This document shows positions 9,412-18,761 of a stretch of DNA of 64,000 bases, one piece after another (position 1 is the first letter of the stretch; every line of letters begins with the position of its first letter). Both the position numbers and the translations under genes were made by a program. The notes below the pieces were generated by a model. The model was not told the DNA's origin. It saw only the letters and a program-made list of their open reading frames with translations, and made no database searches. The stretch lies in the sequence record MG655270.1; one strand, given 5' to 3'.

Positions 9412-9690
9412 ATGAGTAAAGGTACTTTGAAAGGCCTTGGTGTGGTCTTGGCGTGTCTTGTGATCGGCGTGTTGCTGTTTGTTTTTGCAACCTCTGTTCA
9501 AGCTGCTGATACACCGGTTAACCCCCACTGCGTCGCTATCACCAATGACAGTACAATTACCACCCAGTGCGACGACGGTACCGTGGTCATTACCAACACC
9601 GCAACCTCGACGGTGATGGTGTGCCATGTAAGTAAAGAAACAAAAGGTCTTCCGCAATGCGTGAAAGACCGGGTTGTCATTTCTAATTAA
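9412..9690 (+). CDS. Secreted/periplasmic small protein
   Basis: Signal-peptide-like N terminus ending VQA-A; four Cys. Confidence 0.6.
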   Translation: MSKGTLKGLGVVLACLVIGVLLFVFATSVQAADTPVNPHCVAITNDSTITTQCDDGTVVITNTATSTVMVCHVSKETKGLPQCVKDRVVISN

Positions 9691-9713
9691 CGTTATTCTT
9701 CGGAGCTACACAC

Positions 9714-10847
9714 ATGCAGTACAGTACCTTTAATACCACTAAAAACGATCAGATGGCTGAACCGATGTTCCTGGGTCAGTCGGTTAACGTCTCACGTTAT
9801 GATCAGCAGAAGTACCCCGCGTTCGAAAAACTGATTGAGAAACAACTTTCATTCTTCTGGCGCCCTGAAGAGGTGGATGTTTCGCAAGACCGTATCGACT
9901 TCCAGGGGTTACCGGATCACGAGAAACACATCTTCGTTTCTAACCTGAAATACCAAACCCTGCTGGACTCGATTCAGGGTCGTAGTCCGAACGTGGCCCT
10001 GCTGCCGATCTGTTCTATCCCGGAACTCGAAACCTGGATTGAAACCTGGGCGTTCTCTGAAACGATCCACTCGCGCTCATACACCCACATCATCCGTAAT
10101 ATCTTTACTGACCCCTCCATCGTGTTTGATGACATCGTGACCAACGAACACATCAAAGCGCGTGCTGAGTCCGTCACGGAGTATTACGACCAGCTGATTG
10201 AAATGACCATGTACCTCAACTTACTGGGTGAAGGTACTCATGTAATCAATGGTAAGAAAGTCGTGGTGTCGATGCGTGCTATCAAGCGTCTGGTCTACCT
10301 GTGCATCGTGTCAGTCAACGTGCTGGAAGCCATCCGCTTCTATGTCTCCTTTGCCTGCTCGTTTGCCTTTGCTGAACGCGAGCTGATGGAAGGCAACGCC
10401 AAGATCATTAAACTGATCGCCCGTGATGAAGCCCTGCATCTGACCGGCACTCAGCACATGATCATGTTGATGAAGTCCGGTGCTGACGATGCTGAGATGG
10501 CGGAAATCGTTAAAGAGTGTGAAGCAGAAACATACGCACTCTTTAAGGACGCTGCAGAGCAGGAGAAAGACTGGGCGAACTATCTGTTCCAGGACGGCTC
10601 GATGATCGGTCTGAACAAAGAGATCGTCTGCCAGTACATCGAATACATCACCAACATCCGTATTCGCGCCATCGGTTACGATGACATCTACGCCGGTGTC
10701 AAAGCTAACCCAATCCCATGGATCAACTCCTGGTTGGTTTCTGACAACGTGCAACAAGCCCCTCAAGAGTCAGAGATTACCTCGTATTTAGTAGGTCAGA
10801 TCGACTCAACTGTCGATGCAGATGCGTTTGATAACTTCGAACTTTAA
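9714..10847 (+). CDS. nrdB: Class Ia ribonucleotide reductase beta subunit
   Basis: [37 protein letters not shown] and PQE..SYLVG motifs; E. coli-like. Confidence 0.97.
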   Translation: MQYSTFNTTKNDQMAEPMFLGQSVNVSRYDQQKYPAFEKLIEKQLSFFWRPEEVDVSQDRIDFQGLPDHEKHIFVSNLKYQTLLDSIQGRSPNVALLPICSIPELETWIETWAFSETIHSRSYTHIIRNIFTDPSIVFDDIVTNEHIKARAESVTEYYDQLIEMTMYLNLLGEGTHVINGKKVVVSMRAIKRLVYLCIVSVNVLEAIRFYVSFACSFAFAERELMEGNAKIIKLIARDEALHLTGTQHMIMLMKSGADDAEMAEIVKECEAETYALFKDAAEQEKDWANYLFQDGSMIGLNKEIVCQYIEYITNIRIRAIGYDDIYAGVKANPIPWINSWLVSDNVQQAPQESEITSYLVGQIDSTVDADAFDNFEL

Positions 10848-10904
10848 TACGTGATCAGCTTCACTCACGTAGAGGGCTGATCGCTAGCCCTTTATGGAGA
10901 GTGT

Positions 10905-11738
10905 ATGTCTGAGATAAAAGATAACCCGGATAACTGGAAAGTGATTCCGGGTTACTCACGTTATGAGATCAACGAAGTCGGCGTTGTAAGAAAGATACAT
11001 AACAAGAAGGTGATGAAACAATGGCTGCGTGGTAATTATACCGCCACTGCTATCACTTCTGATAATAAGTCAACTAGTAGAATAGAATCTATTCATATTT
11101 TACTGTGCCTTACATTTATTGGTCCAAAGCCCTTACCTGAACCTGGGCACAAACTTGTTACCGCTAACCACAAGGACGGTAACAAACTTAACAATGTGAG
11201 GTCTAATGTAGAATGGTTATCCAATTCTGGTAATATTCTGCATGCTTACAAGAACCGGCTAAATAAATCATCACAGCACCTGCGTCTAACCAATGTGGTC
11301 TCTGGTGAAGTTGTCGACCTGCATTCTTACCGCGAATTATCCAAATGGATGGGTAATCCTAACCTGCGCGGAAGAATGGAGTATCTGAAGTATCGTAACA
11401 GGCTTTATCAAGGCCAGTGGCGAATAGAACTTCTTGGCGAATCAGAGAAGTCTTCAGGGTCTCGTACCAGTAAGCAAGTATGCGTAATGGATGTGGCTAA
11501 ACGAATTGGATTGAGGGAGGGTGAGTTTGATACTTTCATCTTTAATTCCATGCATGACGCCGCAGCGGCATTAGGCGTAAGTCGCAAAGGTATTGGTCGA
11601 TCGATTAGTACCAAAGGACGCCATGTTGTAAATGGGTACGCTATATCGCTATCATTTGACGATATGGTTAATGTCACTTATGACAAAGCGTATGTGGAGA
11701 TTAGTCTTAAATGGGCGAAACTCAGGGGTCAGAAGTAA
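10905..11738 (+). mobile_element. NUMOD4-HNH-NUMOD1 homing endonuclease, intron-less insertion at nrdB 3' end
   Basis: WKVIPGYSRYEIN (NUMOD4), NHKDGNKLNN..SNVEW (HNH), FNSMHDAAAALGVS (NUMOD1); visibly more AT-rich than flanks. Confidence 0.88.
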
Positions 11739-11806
11739 GTTCTTATCTGGTCGGTCAGATCGACTCGAAAGTTGACGCCAACGATTTCGACGATTTCCAA
11801 CTGTAA
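11723..11806 (+). pseudogene. nrdB: Displaced duplicate of nrdB 3' end
   Basis: Encodes [27 protein letters not shown]; 19/27 aa and 57/84 nt identical to 10764-10847; no start codon. Confidence 0.9.
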
Positions 11807-11854
11807 CTGCCAGGCGCCCATGCTTCGGTGTGGGTGCTGTATAAAGGAGGATGT

Positions 11855-12451
11855 ATGGATGTAGGGCAACGCAATGTCCAGATCTCAGATCAGTATGAGA
11901 TTATCGGCATGGCGGGTGTAAACTACCTGCCTTTAAAGAAGTCTTCCTCCGATACATACCGCGTGGTGTTGTGTCGGCTGGATGGGTTAGGGCGTGACAA
12001 CACTAACTTGCATTATGACATCGATGATGCTTTTACTGACCACTACCGCTTTATCACCCAGCAACTCCCCTTTGCCGAATTTGATGGTAGGGATCGTGTC
12101 ACCACACTCATGCAGAACTGGCAAGGCAAAGCCACCACCGAGATCATTGACAATATCTTTAGTTCAATTGATCCCGATGCAGGTGCCTTTACGCTAGAAA
12201 GCATCAGTGTGGAAAACGGTTACCTTTATGGCGAGGTTAAATTAGCCAATAGCATTGTGGGAACGAACCTCTCCATGATGCTGAACCATCCACGTCCCGA
12301 TCAGGCGGCCATGATCTTTGGTGTTCGCTATCTGTCCGTCAATACCCGGCTTGACGGACTGCAATATGCTGATGTCAAGAAGATCTGTGCGTATGACGTG
12401 AATATCGTCAGCGAAACTGAATTAACCCAACGTCGTAACGGCGTGAAATAA
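11855..12451 (+). CDS. Hypothetical protein
   Basis: Strong RBS aaggagg; about 198 aa. Confidence 0.65.
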   Translation: MDVGQRNVQISDQYEIIGMAGVNYLPLKKSSSDTYRVVLCRLDGLGRDNTNLHYDIDDAFTDHYRFITQQLPFAEFDGRDRVTTLMQNWQGKATTEIIDNIFSSIDPDAGAFTLESISVENGYLYGEVKLANSIVGTNLSMMLNHPRPDQAAMIFGVRYLSVNTRLDGLQYADVKKICAYDVNIVSETELTQRRNGVK

Positions 12452-12485
12452 TGAACCGTTTAAAAGGTGCTGTGAGAACCTATAA

Positions 12486-13103
12486 ATGAAAAGAACAAAA
12501 AATATAAAGCTTGATCGTTTTCGTAAGGCATGGAAATTTAAGAAGGTTACGCTGGCATTGATGGTGGTAACCGGATCGTTTTACCTGGTGGCGTGCGATG
12601 AGCCGCGTGATCAGCAAGTGCAGATGTATCAGAATGCGGATGACTGTAGTCGAGCTCGCCCGCAAGACAAGCAGCGCTGTTCTGATGCGTACAATAACGC
12701 TCTGCGTGAATCTGAACGTACCGCCCCGCGTTACGGATCGAAAGGAGATTGTGATGCCGAGTTTGGCTCTGACAATTGCTACCAATCCACGGCTCATAGC
12801 CCGACCTGGATGCCGTATATGGGCGGATACATGTACGGGCGCAACGGGAGTTACGCACAGCCGTTGTATTCCTCACGGGTAACGTCAAGTCCTGCCTATC
12901 ACCGCTACGTCGATGCTGGCGGACGTAACTACGGCAGTGCTATCTCTGGACGCTCGATTAATACCACACGCAGCGCGTTAGCGCCCAAGCCTGTAGTCAC
13001 TTCAACCATTACCCGTGGCGGGTTCGGTGCAAGCGTGGCACACATGAGTAGTTCTCATTCTTCGTCCAGTCACAGCAGTGGCGGACATTCATCTGGCGGT
13101 TAA
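12486..13103 (+). CDS. ygiB: DUF1190 / YgiB family lipoprotein
   Basis: MKRTK.I...FRK.W; LVAC lipobox; YQNADDC, AYNNAL.E.ERTAP.Y, WMP.M.GY, TRGGFG match recalled E. coli YgiB. Confidence 0.88.
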   Translation: MKRTKNIKLDRFRKAWKFKKVTLALMVVTGSFYLVACDEPRDQQVQMYQNADDCSRARPQDKQRCSDAYNNALRESERTAPRYGSKGDCDAEFGSDNCYQSTAHSPTWMPYMGGYMYGRNGSYAQPLYSSRVTSSPAYHRYVDAGGRNYGSAISGRSINTTRSALAPKPVVTSTITRGGFGASVAHMSSSHSSSSHSSGGHSSGG

Positions 13104-13112
13104 GGAACAGTA

Positions 13113-13634
13113 ATGCAAATCCCCGGTATGCCAACTTCATTTGAAGAGCTGTGCAGTATCATTGTTAAACTCGGGTTAGTTGATGCCTCGGTTGAAAAGA
13201 CCACTGAGCTTTTGTGGCAGTCTGTCGAAGACCACGGCTACACCCATCGGTGGGACGACCCAGATCAAGAGATGACGTCAACAGAACGTTGGTTCAACCG
13301 CGCAGAAGAGTTGAAAATGACGTTCCATGGTGATGTTGTCGCCATGCTGGTTGATTGGTCTATTATGACGGGTCGTATGGCTCAGTACCATAATGACATT
13401 GATTATCAGCAATATTATCGCAACTGGTTGGCTTCGCAGATCAGTGTTAAGCTACAACTCGATGAGGAAGGCGTCACCGAAACGACCTTACATCCACCAA
13501 CCTATCGCTATCTTCAAGGTGGCAAGATCTTTGTCATCAATGCAGCCACTTCTGGTAACGGTGGTGGCATCAACTATTACACCATGTCATTAGAGGAGTA
13601 TGTGAAGTACATTAAAACGCAACCGGCTATTTAA
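13113..13634 (+). CDS. Hypothetical protein
   Basis: 173 aa, RBS aagga. Confidence 0.65.
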   Translation: MQIPGMPTSFEELCSIIVKLGLVDASVEKTTELLWQSVEDHGYTHRWDDPDQEMTSTERWFNRAEELKMTFHGDVVAMLVDWSIMTGRMAQYHNDIDYQQYYRNWLASQISVKLQLDEEGVTETTLHPPTYRYLQGGKIFVINAATSGNGGGINYYTMSLEEYVKYIKTQPAI

Positions 13635-13667
13635 TGTAAGAGCCCGCTATCAGTAGGAGAGTTACGT

Positions 13668-13970
13668 ATGGCGAACAAAAGTGTTATCGGCGTGATCAAA
13701 TACAGTCGGGTGGACAACAAAGACACCTGGACCGTCTACCAGCACGGTAAACACGTTGAGCTTTTCCAGAAAGCTTTCCAGCATCCCATCGAGGCGTTTA
13801 AGCTTCGGGATATTTCCAAAGTAGGTCGGCCTGAAGTCAGTCATGCCTCGGGCCATTATCCGATCGTTGATAACCCCAGTATCCGCGTCTTCTACGAAGA
13901 TGGCAGTATCGGTGTGGGTGCGGGTGCGTTAATCAACATCATGTTGCAACAGTATCAATTAACGGAGTGA
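13668..13970 (+). CDS. Hypothetical protein
   Basis: 100 aa, RBS aggag. Confidence 0.6.
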   Translation: MANKSVIGVIKYSRVDNKDTWTVYQHGKHVELFQKAFQHPIEAFKLRDISKVGRPEVSHASGHYPIVDNPSIRVFYEDGSIGVGAGALINIMLQQYQLTE

Positions 13971-13974
13971 CATC

Positions 13975-14265
13975 ATGGGTAAAGTCAAAGAGATTTTGTA
14001 TGGTCGCCGCGGTAGCACGGCCGGTGAGATTCTTAAGTTAGAATACATGGAGCCGTTAAACCTCACCGTCGATGAAACAGCAAAGAAACTGAAAGTTGCA
14101 AAGTCTACCATCAGCCGGATTATTAATGGCCGTTGCCGCTTGAGCAAGCCCCTTGCCACCAAACTTGCCAAAGCGTTCGCCACTACGCCGGAATACTGGA
14201 TGAACTTTGCTGACAACTGCACCAACCCCTATCCAAACTTGCGGGCCAAGGGCTGGTACAGATGA
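13975..14265 (+). CDS. higA: HigA-family antitoxin-like XRE HTH protein
   Basis: GEILK.EY.EPL.LT....AK.L.V..STIS.IING...LS...A.KLA.AF.TTPEYWMN. Confidence 0.82.
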   Translation: MGKVKEILYGRRGSTAGEILKLEYMEPLNLTVDETAKKLKVAKSTISRIINGRCRLSKPLATKLAKAFATTPEYWMNFADNCTNPYPNLRAKGWYR

Positions 14266-14483
14266 ACATCGCCGAACCCATCTATGAGGTGGAAGTCGGC
14301 AAAACGTATCTGTCACCTTCGGGCTTGCCATTCGAAGTGTTGTTCTTAGCCGCGCATGGTCAGGACTGCACGGTGCCGATGGTGGTATACCGCAACCTCA
14401 CCCCGACGTACGACAAACCTGCAGGGCAGATCTGGACCACATCGGAGTCACTCTTTCTAACGCAATTCCGCGTGCCTGCGTGA
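14262..14483 (+). CDS. DUF1653-like protein
   Basis: F.VL.LA.H..D...MVVYR.L....W....F pattern. Confidence 0.6.
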   Translation: MNIAEPIYEVEVGKTYLSPSGLPFEVLFLAAHGQDCTVPMVVYRNLTPTYDKPAGQIWTTSESLFLTQFRVPA

Positions 14484-14527
14484 TGCTATGGCGGTAACTG
14501 ACCGTCCATCACTACAGAGGCAAGCGC

Positions 14528-14833
14528 ATGTCTACGAACGAGAACTTTCATGTATCCGATCAGGCGATTATCGATGCCATCCTGGAATACACCCGTAACG
14601 GGAAAGAACCAGCTGTAGTCAAGTACGACCCCGATGGCCCTGAAGCAGAACGCATGAGTCAGGAACATCGGATTGTCACCTGGTTTCAAGACATCCGTAC
14701 CATTGTTGACGCGGTATGTCAACGTCCAGGTTTCTCCGGGCTTAACGTGCTGAAGATCGCAACCCGTGCTATGGAACAGGATATCATAGCACAGTCAGCG
14801 GGACCGGCATCGCCTATTAACCCTGAACTGTAG
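14528..14833 (+). CDS. Hypothetical protein
   Basis: 101 aa, RBS gagg. Confidence 0.6.
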   Translation: MSTNENFHVSDQAIIDAILEYTRNGKEPAVVKYDPDGPEAERMSQEHRIVTWFQDIRTIVDAVCQRPGFSGLNVLKIATRAMEQDIIAQSAGPASPINPEL

Positions 14834-14854
14834 AAAATAAGAAGACTTTCACAC

Positions 14855-15112
14855 ATGCAATTAAAAGAACTGCTTACCTGCATTCGCCCTGGTGACGTTA
14901 TCACCAATACCGCCTGGCCACAGGGACGGACCTTTACCGTCTCAACGGAGTTCATGAAGTTTCATACCGGTCGTGGTACGGATGTTCATGAACGCAATTC
15001 ATGTCCAGATGGTGCGTGGTACGGTTGGTCGGTGGCAAACAAATATGCCACTGTCCTTAACCGTCGTGCAGTAGCGCAATCCCACAACCCGATCAAAGAG
15101 GACGTTTCATGA
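14855..15112 (+). CDS. Hypothetical protein
   Basis: 85 aa; ATGA coupling to next gene. Confidence 0.55.
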   Translation: MQLKELLTCIRPGDVITNTAWPQGRTFTVSTEFMKFHTGRGTDVHERNSCPDGAWYGWSVANKYATVLNRRAVAQSHNPIKEDVS

Positions 15113-15510
15113 TTACCATTACGGACATGCACGATGAAGAAGGGTTCACTGACGAAAAGAAAGATGCGTTAGTGAAGCTTCTGCCAGAAGACAACAACGG
15201 TCTTGCACACACCTATCGTTTTACTGATGGTGCTGAAGAGAACCCGTTTGAAGGCTTCCTGATCATCGGCGCACCAACGCTGGTTTATCACTTTATCCGC
15301 ACCGGTAAGAATGACGCGGGTGAAGAGGAAGAGACCTATCTGGGCCAATACGTCCCAACGGTCGATGGTGGTGTAATGCCAGAGAACGGTCTGGGGCAGA
15401 ACCTGAGCGACAACGTGGGTACTCGCGTGGCAGAGTTCGAATCTGTTATCCGTAGCTTCCACCGTAAAGTGCTCGAGCGTCTGGGTCAGCCAGTCCCTGG
15501 CGCACGGTAA
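15109..15510 (+). CDS. Hypothetical protein, paralogue of 16527-16925
   Basis: Y.F.DG....F.GFL.I..P.L.Y...R, PEN and RV..F blocks shared with 16527-16925. Confidence 0.7.
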   Translation: MITITDMHDEEGFTDEKKDALVKLLPEDNNGLAHTYRFTDGAEENPFEGFLIIGAPTLVYHFIRTGKNDAGEEEETYLGQYVPTVDGGVMPENGLGQNLSDNVGTRVAEFESVIRSFHRKVLERLGQPVPGAR

Positions 15511-15516
15511 GATGAC

Positions 15517-15562
15517 ACCCGGGGGTTCTCCCCGGGTTTTATGCCGTCTTTTTATTTTTTGT
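15517..15562 (+). terminator. Hairpin + TTATGCC terminator
   Basis: acccggggg-ttc-tccccgggt-TTTATGCCG and a T run. Confidence 0.75.
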
Positions 15563-15616
15563 TACAGATTACATAGATGGTACTTATTATACACCACTAC
15601 TGAAAAGGAATACATC

Positions 15617-16522
15617 ATGTCTGAGCAAGCCGCTGTAAAACCGAAGAATTATACCAACCTGACTGTCACCATCGCCGGCAATGATCCGGTTGCTGCCACT
15701 GCTGTTGCCAGTGTGTTATCCACGTACCTGAACGAAAAGGGTCTGGCCGGTCGCCGTCTGGGTGAGAATGCTATCGCTCCTGACTTCGCCGTGCAATCTG
15801 TTGAAGGCCTGGCTGCTGACCAGAACAACAGTGTAAACGTTTCTGTTGACACCCTGACTATGGAATCCCTGCAGGGCAGAACGCAGGTTTGGGATTGGCC
15901 AACCTGGGGTGACAGCGAACAACCCTGGACCGCGCTGGTCGGTGACGAACTGCGTAACCTCTGGTCAACGTTATCCGGTGTGCAGAAACGCGCTATCTAT
16001 AAAAGCCTGGCTGCACTGAACATCGTGGTGGAAGACGATGAGATGACTGAAGAGAAAGCACAGGAGATCATCAACAACTCCGAAGTTTATGTTGATCTGC
16101 GTGATGTGCGTAACGACGGCAGTTATAACCGTGTGCTGATTGACGGCGCTGCGACCATTGAAGAACTCGACGCCATCAAGTTCATCTTCCAGACCGCGCG
16201 TGAAGGCAACCCGGTCACCCACGAAGACATCACACTGCAACAGCAGCAGGATGCCAGCAACGGCGCGCATGCAGCACCTGAATTACCGGATGGTCGTGAG
16301 ACACCAGAGCTGCCGGACACTCTCGAACCGCTGGCCAGTCCGGAATACAACCCGGAAGATTTAGAGCCGGGTACAGGCATTCCCGCGGTAAACCCAACCG
16401 ACCCTTCGCTGGCACCACAAACCAAACAGCAGGCTGTGTCGTTTGACAACAGCGATAAAGCTACCCTGGCTGCTGCACCTACTTCAGGAACCGTCCGTCC
16501 ATCCGACGACATGGGAGACTAA
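15617..16522 (+). CDS. Acidic multi-module hypothetical protein
   Basis: Start reassigned (RBS aagga); Pro/Glu-rich disordered C terminus. Confidence 0.7.
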   Translation: MSEQAAVKPKNYTNLTVTIAGNDPVAATAVASVLSTYLNEKGLAGRRLGENAIAPDFAVQSVEGLAADQNNSVNVSVDTLTMESLQGRTQVWDWPTWGDSEQPWTALVGDELRNLWSTLSGVQKRAIYKSLAALNIVVEDDEMTEEKAQEIINNSEVYVDLRDVRNDGSYNRVLIDGAATIEELDAIKFIFQTAREGNPVTHEDITLQQQQDASNGAHAAPELPDGRETPELPDTLEPLASPEYNPEDLEPGTGIPAVNPTDPSLAPQTKQQAVSFDNSDKATLAAAPTSGTVRPSDDMGD

Positions 16523-16526
16523 GTCA

Positions 16527-16925
16527 ATGCTACCGAAGTCTGAACCAATCTCCATCTTCAGCGTCTCGAGTGTTCAACTGACCGAAACGTCAGAAGCGCA
16601 CTTTCGTAAAGAGCTGAACGAGGCAGATGCCATTCACTCTGTCTACGCCTTTAAAGATGGCTCGCAATTCGGTGCCCGCTTTAATGGCTTTCTGGTGATC
16701 ACCGGCCCTATCCTGGCGTACCAGTTATTCCGGGGCAGTGAACTGGAGTCGTCTGAGTTCGTCGGCACCTTTATGTACGGTGAAGGCGGGGAAGCGATCA
16801 TCCCAGAGAACGTTAAAACGGTGTTCAGTCAATATGACCGTAACCGAGTGACCCAGTTTAAGGCATTAGCCCAAGCACTGCACTCAGCGGTCACTGACCA
16901 CATCAAAGGGGTACGGCGTGACTGA
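16527..16925 (+). CDS. Hypothetical protein, paralogue of 15109-15510
   Basis: Start reassigned; shared motifs with 15109-15510. Confidence 0.7.
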   Translation: MLPKSEPISIFSVSSVQLTETSEAHFRKELNEADAIHSVYAFKDGSQFGARFNGFLVITGPILAYQLFRGSELESSEFVGTFMYGEGGEAIIPENVKTVFSQYDRNRVTQFKALAQALHSAVTDHIKGVRRD

Positions 16926-17622
16926 CATCACTTCAACACCAGAAGTAGCGACGGCCCTGCCGGCGTTTAAAGGGGTGTTGGGTGAACAGGTAAAAGGCTT
17001 CGGAGCAAGCCAGCTCACCGGCTGGCATATTGTGGTCGCTGATCCGACTGACCTGCCAAAGGGGGTGCAAGAAGGCCTCAGTGCTTTGGTGGGTCGCTCC
17101 AGCATCTTTACCTATCTCGGTGCCCGCTGGGTATTTGACGGCATCGGCACCGGTTACCTGCAACGCACCCGTATGGTCATTGACCCTGACACGGTTAACA
17201 TCGAACAGATTGAAGACCGGTCTGCTCAACACGGTATCGTCCGGGGAAGTGAAGATCGTCGAGAGTGGAACCTGGGTAACTGGGTCGCACACCTCGGGGG
17301 TCGCATCAACCGGGATAGCTACCTGGAGTTCGGTAGTCTGTATGCATTAGATCAGATGATCAATCAGATGCATAAATTGATGTTTCGCACCAAAGATGAT
17401 GAGCTGAAGATTCACATCGTGGGCGGGTCACCTGATGATCAAAAAGTTATTGCCCTGCTGATTGGCGGTGTCTTGGACGACTACGATGTCACCCCGAGCA
17501 CCAGTCTTGGTAAACTCATTGAAGAGGCATCAGTTAATCCCCCTTCAATGGATAGCCTGAATGACACAGCGGATCATTCGTTGCGTCTTAAAATTGAAAT
17601 TAATATCGTGCCTCGTAACTGA
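16918..17622 (+). CDS. Hypothetical protein
   Basis: 234 aa, overlaps upstream stop. Confidence 0.65.
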   Translation: MTDITSTPEVATALPAFKGVLGEQVKGFGASQLTGWHIVVADPTDLPKGVQEGLSALVGRSSIFTYLGARWVFDGIGTGYLQRTRMVIDPDTVNIEQIEDRSAQHGIVRGSEDRREWNLGNWVAHLGGRINRDSYLEFGSLYALDQMINQMHKLMFRTKDDELKIHIVGGSPDDQKVIALLIGGVLDDYDVTPSTSLGKLIEEASVNPPSMDSLNDTADHSLRLKIEINIVPRN

Positions 17623-17651
17623 GGCCTTATTTCTCGTCGAAGGAAAAAGAG

Positions 17652-18299
17652 ATGGCTGACATTAACTATTACGAACTGATTCGCAACTGGGGTAAAGCCC
17701 GTAACATCATCGGTGGTGGCTCTACCCCGATCGATCAGTTCATCAAAGGCACTACGGAAGCGGCAGAGCTTTGGGCCAATGTGTTGGGTAAAGAACCCGC
17801 TAAGCTGAAAGATGACATCGGCGATACGCTGGTCTGTCTGACACAGTCTTACGGCATTGCTGGTAGTGTGGTAATTGAAGACGCAGCATCGCATGCTGAC
17901 CAGTACCTGGCATCACTACGTAAAGATTACGAAGCCTACGGCGAATGGGCGCTGAAACGCTTTGCCCTGAAAGTGCTGCGCAGCATGTCTGACATCTCAA
18001 CGCAGATTGAACACGCCCAGTTCGAAGCTGACCGCCATTGCCCGGACCGTCTGTCTGATGAAACTGCAGAGCTGGTAGCCGTCCTGACGGTGATTGCAGA
18101 GAACCAGGGCTGGACGCTGGAAGAGTGTCTGGAAGAAGCGTACAACGACATCAAAGACCGTAAAGGTGTAATGTTCAACGGTGGCTTCGTAAAAGAAGCG
18201 AGCCTGTCAGTTGAGCGCGCACAAGAGATGCTGGCCTCGGGCACCGTCGGTGGCGTGGGTGCGGAATACCTGAACGGTTATATCAGCGCAAACAGCTAA
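17652..18299 (+). CDS. MazG-like nucleotide pyrophosphohydrolase
   Basis: Q..K..EA.EL...LKDDIGD.LV and LEECLEEAYNDIKDRKG motifs. Confidence 0.8.
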   Translation: MADINYYELIRNWGKARNIIGGGSTPIDQFIKGTTEAAELWANVLGKEPAKLKDDIGDTLVCLTQSYGIAGSVVIEDAASHADQYLASLRKDYEAYGEWALKRFALKVLRSMSDISTQIEHAQFEADRHCPDRLSDETAELVAVLTVIAENQGWTLEECLEEAYNDIKDRKGVMFNGGFVKEASLSVERAQEMLASGTVGGVGAEYLNGYISANS

Positions 18300-18303
18300 C
18301 TGT

Positions 18304-18334
18304 AAATAAAGCTAAACCTACATTACCTAAGGGA
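18304..18334 (+). promoter_or_regulatory. Phage promoter motif overlapping a terminator hairpin
   Basis: aaa-taaagctaaa-CCTACATTAC-ctaa-GGGA; hairpin aagggatag-tgaaag-ctatccctt then TTATGCC. Confidence 0.65.
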
Positions 18335-18380
18335 TAGTGAAAGCTATCCCTTTTATGCCAATTATAATTGAGGATTCAAA

Positions 18381-18761
18381 ATGAAACAGGTTGCTGCTAA
18401 CGTAAATGTTCTTTCTGTTGATTATCGTTTCGGTGCTAAACAGATGGAGACCTATGCCAAGTTTATTACTGATGCGTTAACGGCGGGTCAGAAAGTCTTT
18501 ATCTATGCGGATAAAGAAGCGCGGGCGAAAGTAAATGAACTCTTCCCTAAAGTCCTCGGCCAGGAGGTGATGGAGAAGGTACTTGTTCGTGCGTACCCTA
18601 TTAGTGAACTGACTGCGGTTAACGTCGGGCGGGGGATGTCCAACATGTCGGCTATCTTCATCAGCGAAACCGGGCGTTATACCGATCTGATCACGAAAAC
18701 GTTTTCAGTCGTCACCGGTCATGACGCACTGATTGTTGAATGCAGCGAAGTGGTGGCGTGA
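18381..18761 (+). CDS. Hypothetical protein
   Basis: 126 aa, RBS gagga. Confidence 0.65.
   Translation: MKQVAANVNVLSVDYRFGAKQMETYAKFITDALTAGQKVFIYADKEARAKVNELFPKVLGQEVMEKVLVRAYPISELTAVNVGRGMSNMSAIFISETGRYTDLITKTFSVVTGHDALIVECSEVVA

Noticed and set aside
10764-11722. Group I intron in nrdB carrying the HNH gene
   Set aside because: The upstream nrdB is already complete with its own stop. The HNH ORF runs straight into the duplicated tail, leaving no room for a 3' intron core, and the junction base (11722) is T rather than the terminal G required.
11855-12451. Prohead-protease-like enzyme
   Set aside because: The strand pattern (LYGEVKL...G..L...FGVR) is faintly reminiscent, but catalytic His/Ser cannot be identified; left as hypothetical.
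13668-14265. Complete higBA toxin-antitoxin pair
   Set aside because: The upstream 100-aa ORF shows no recognisable RelE/HigB residues.
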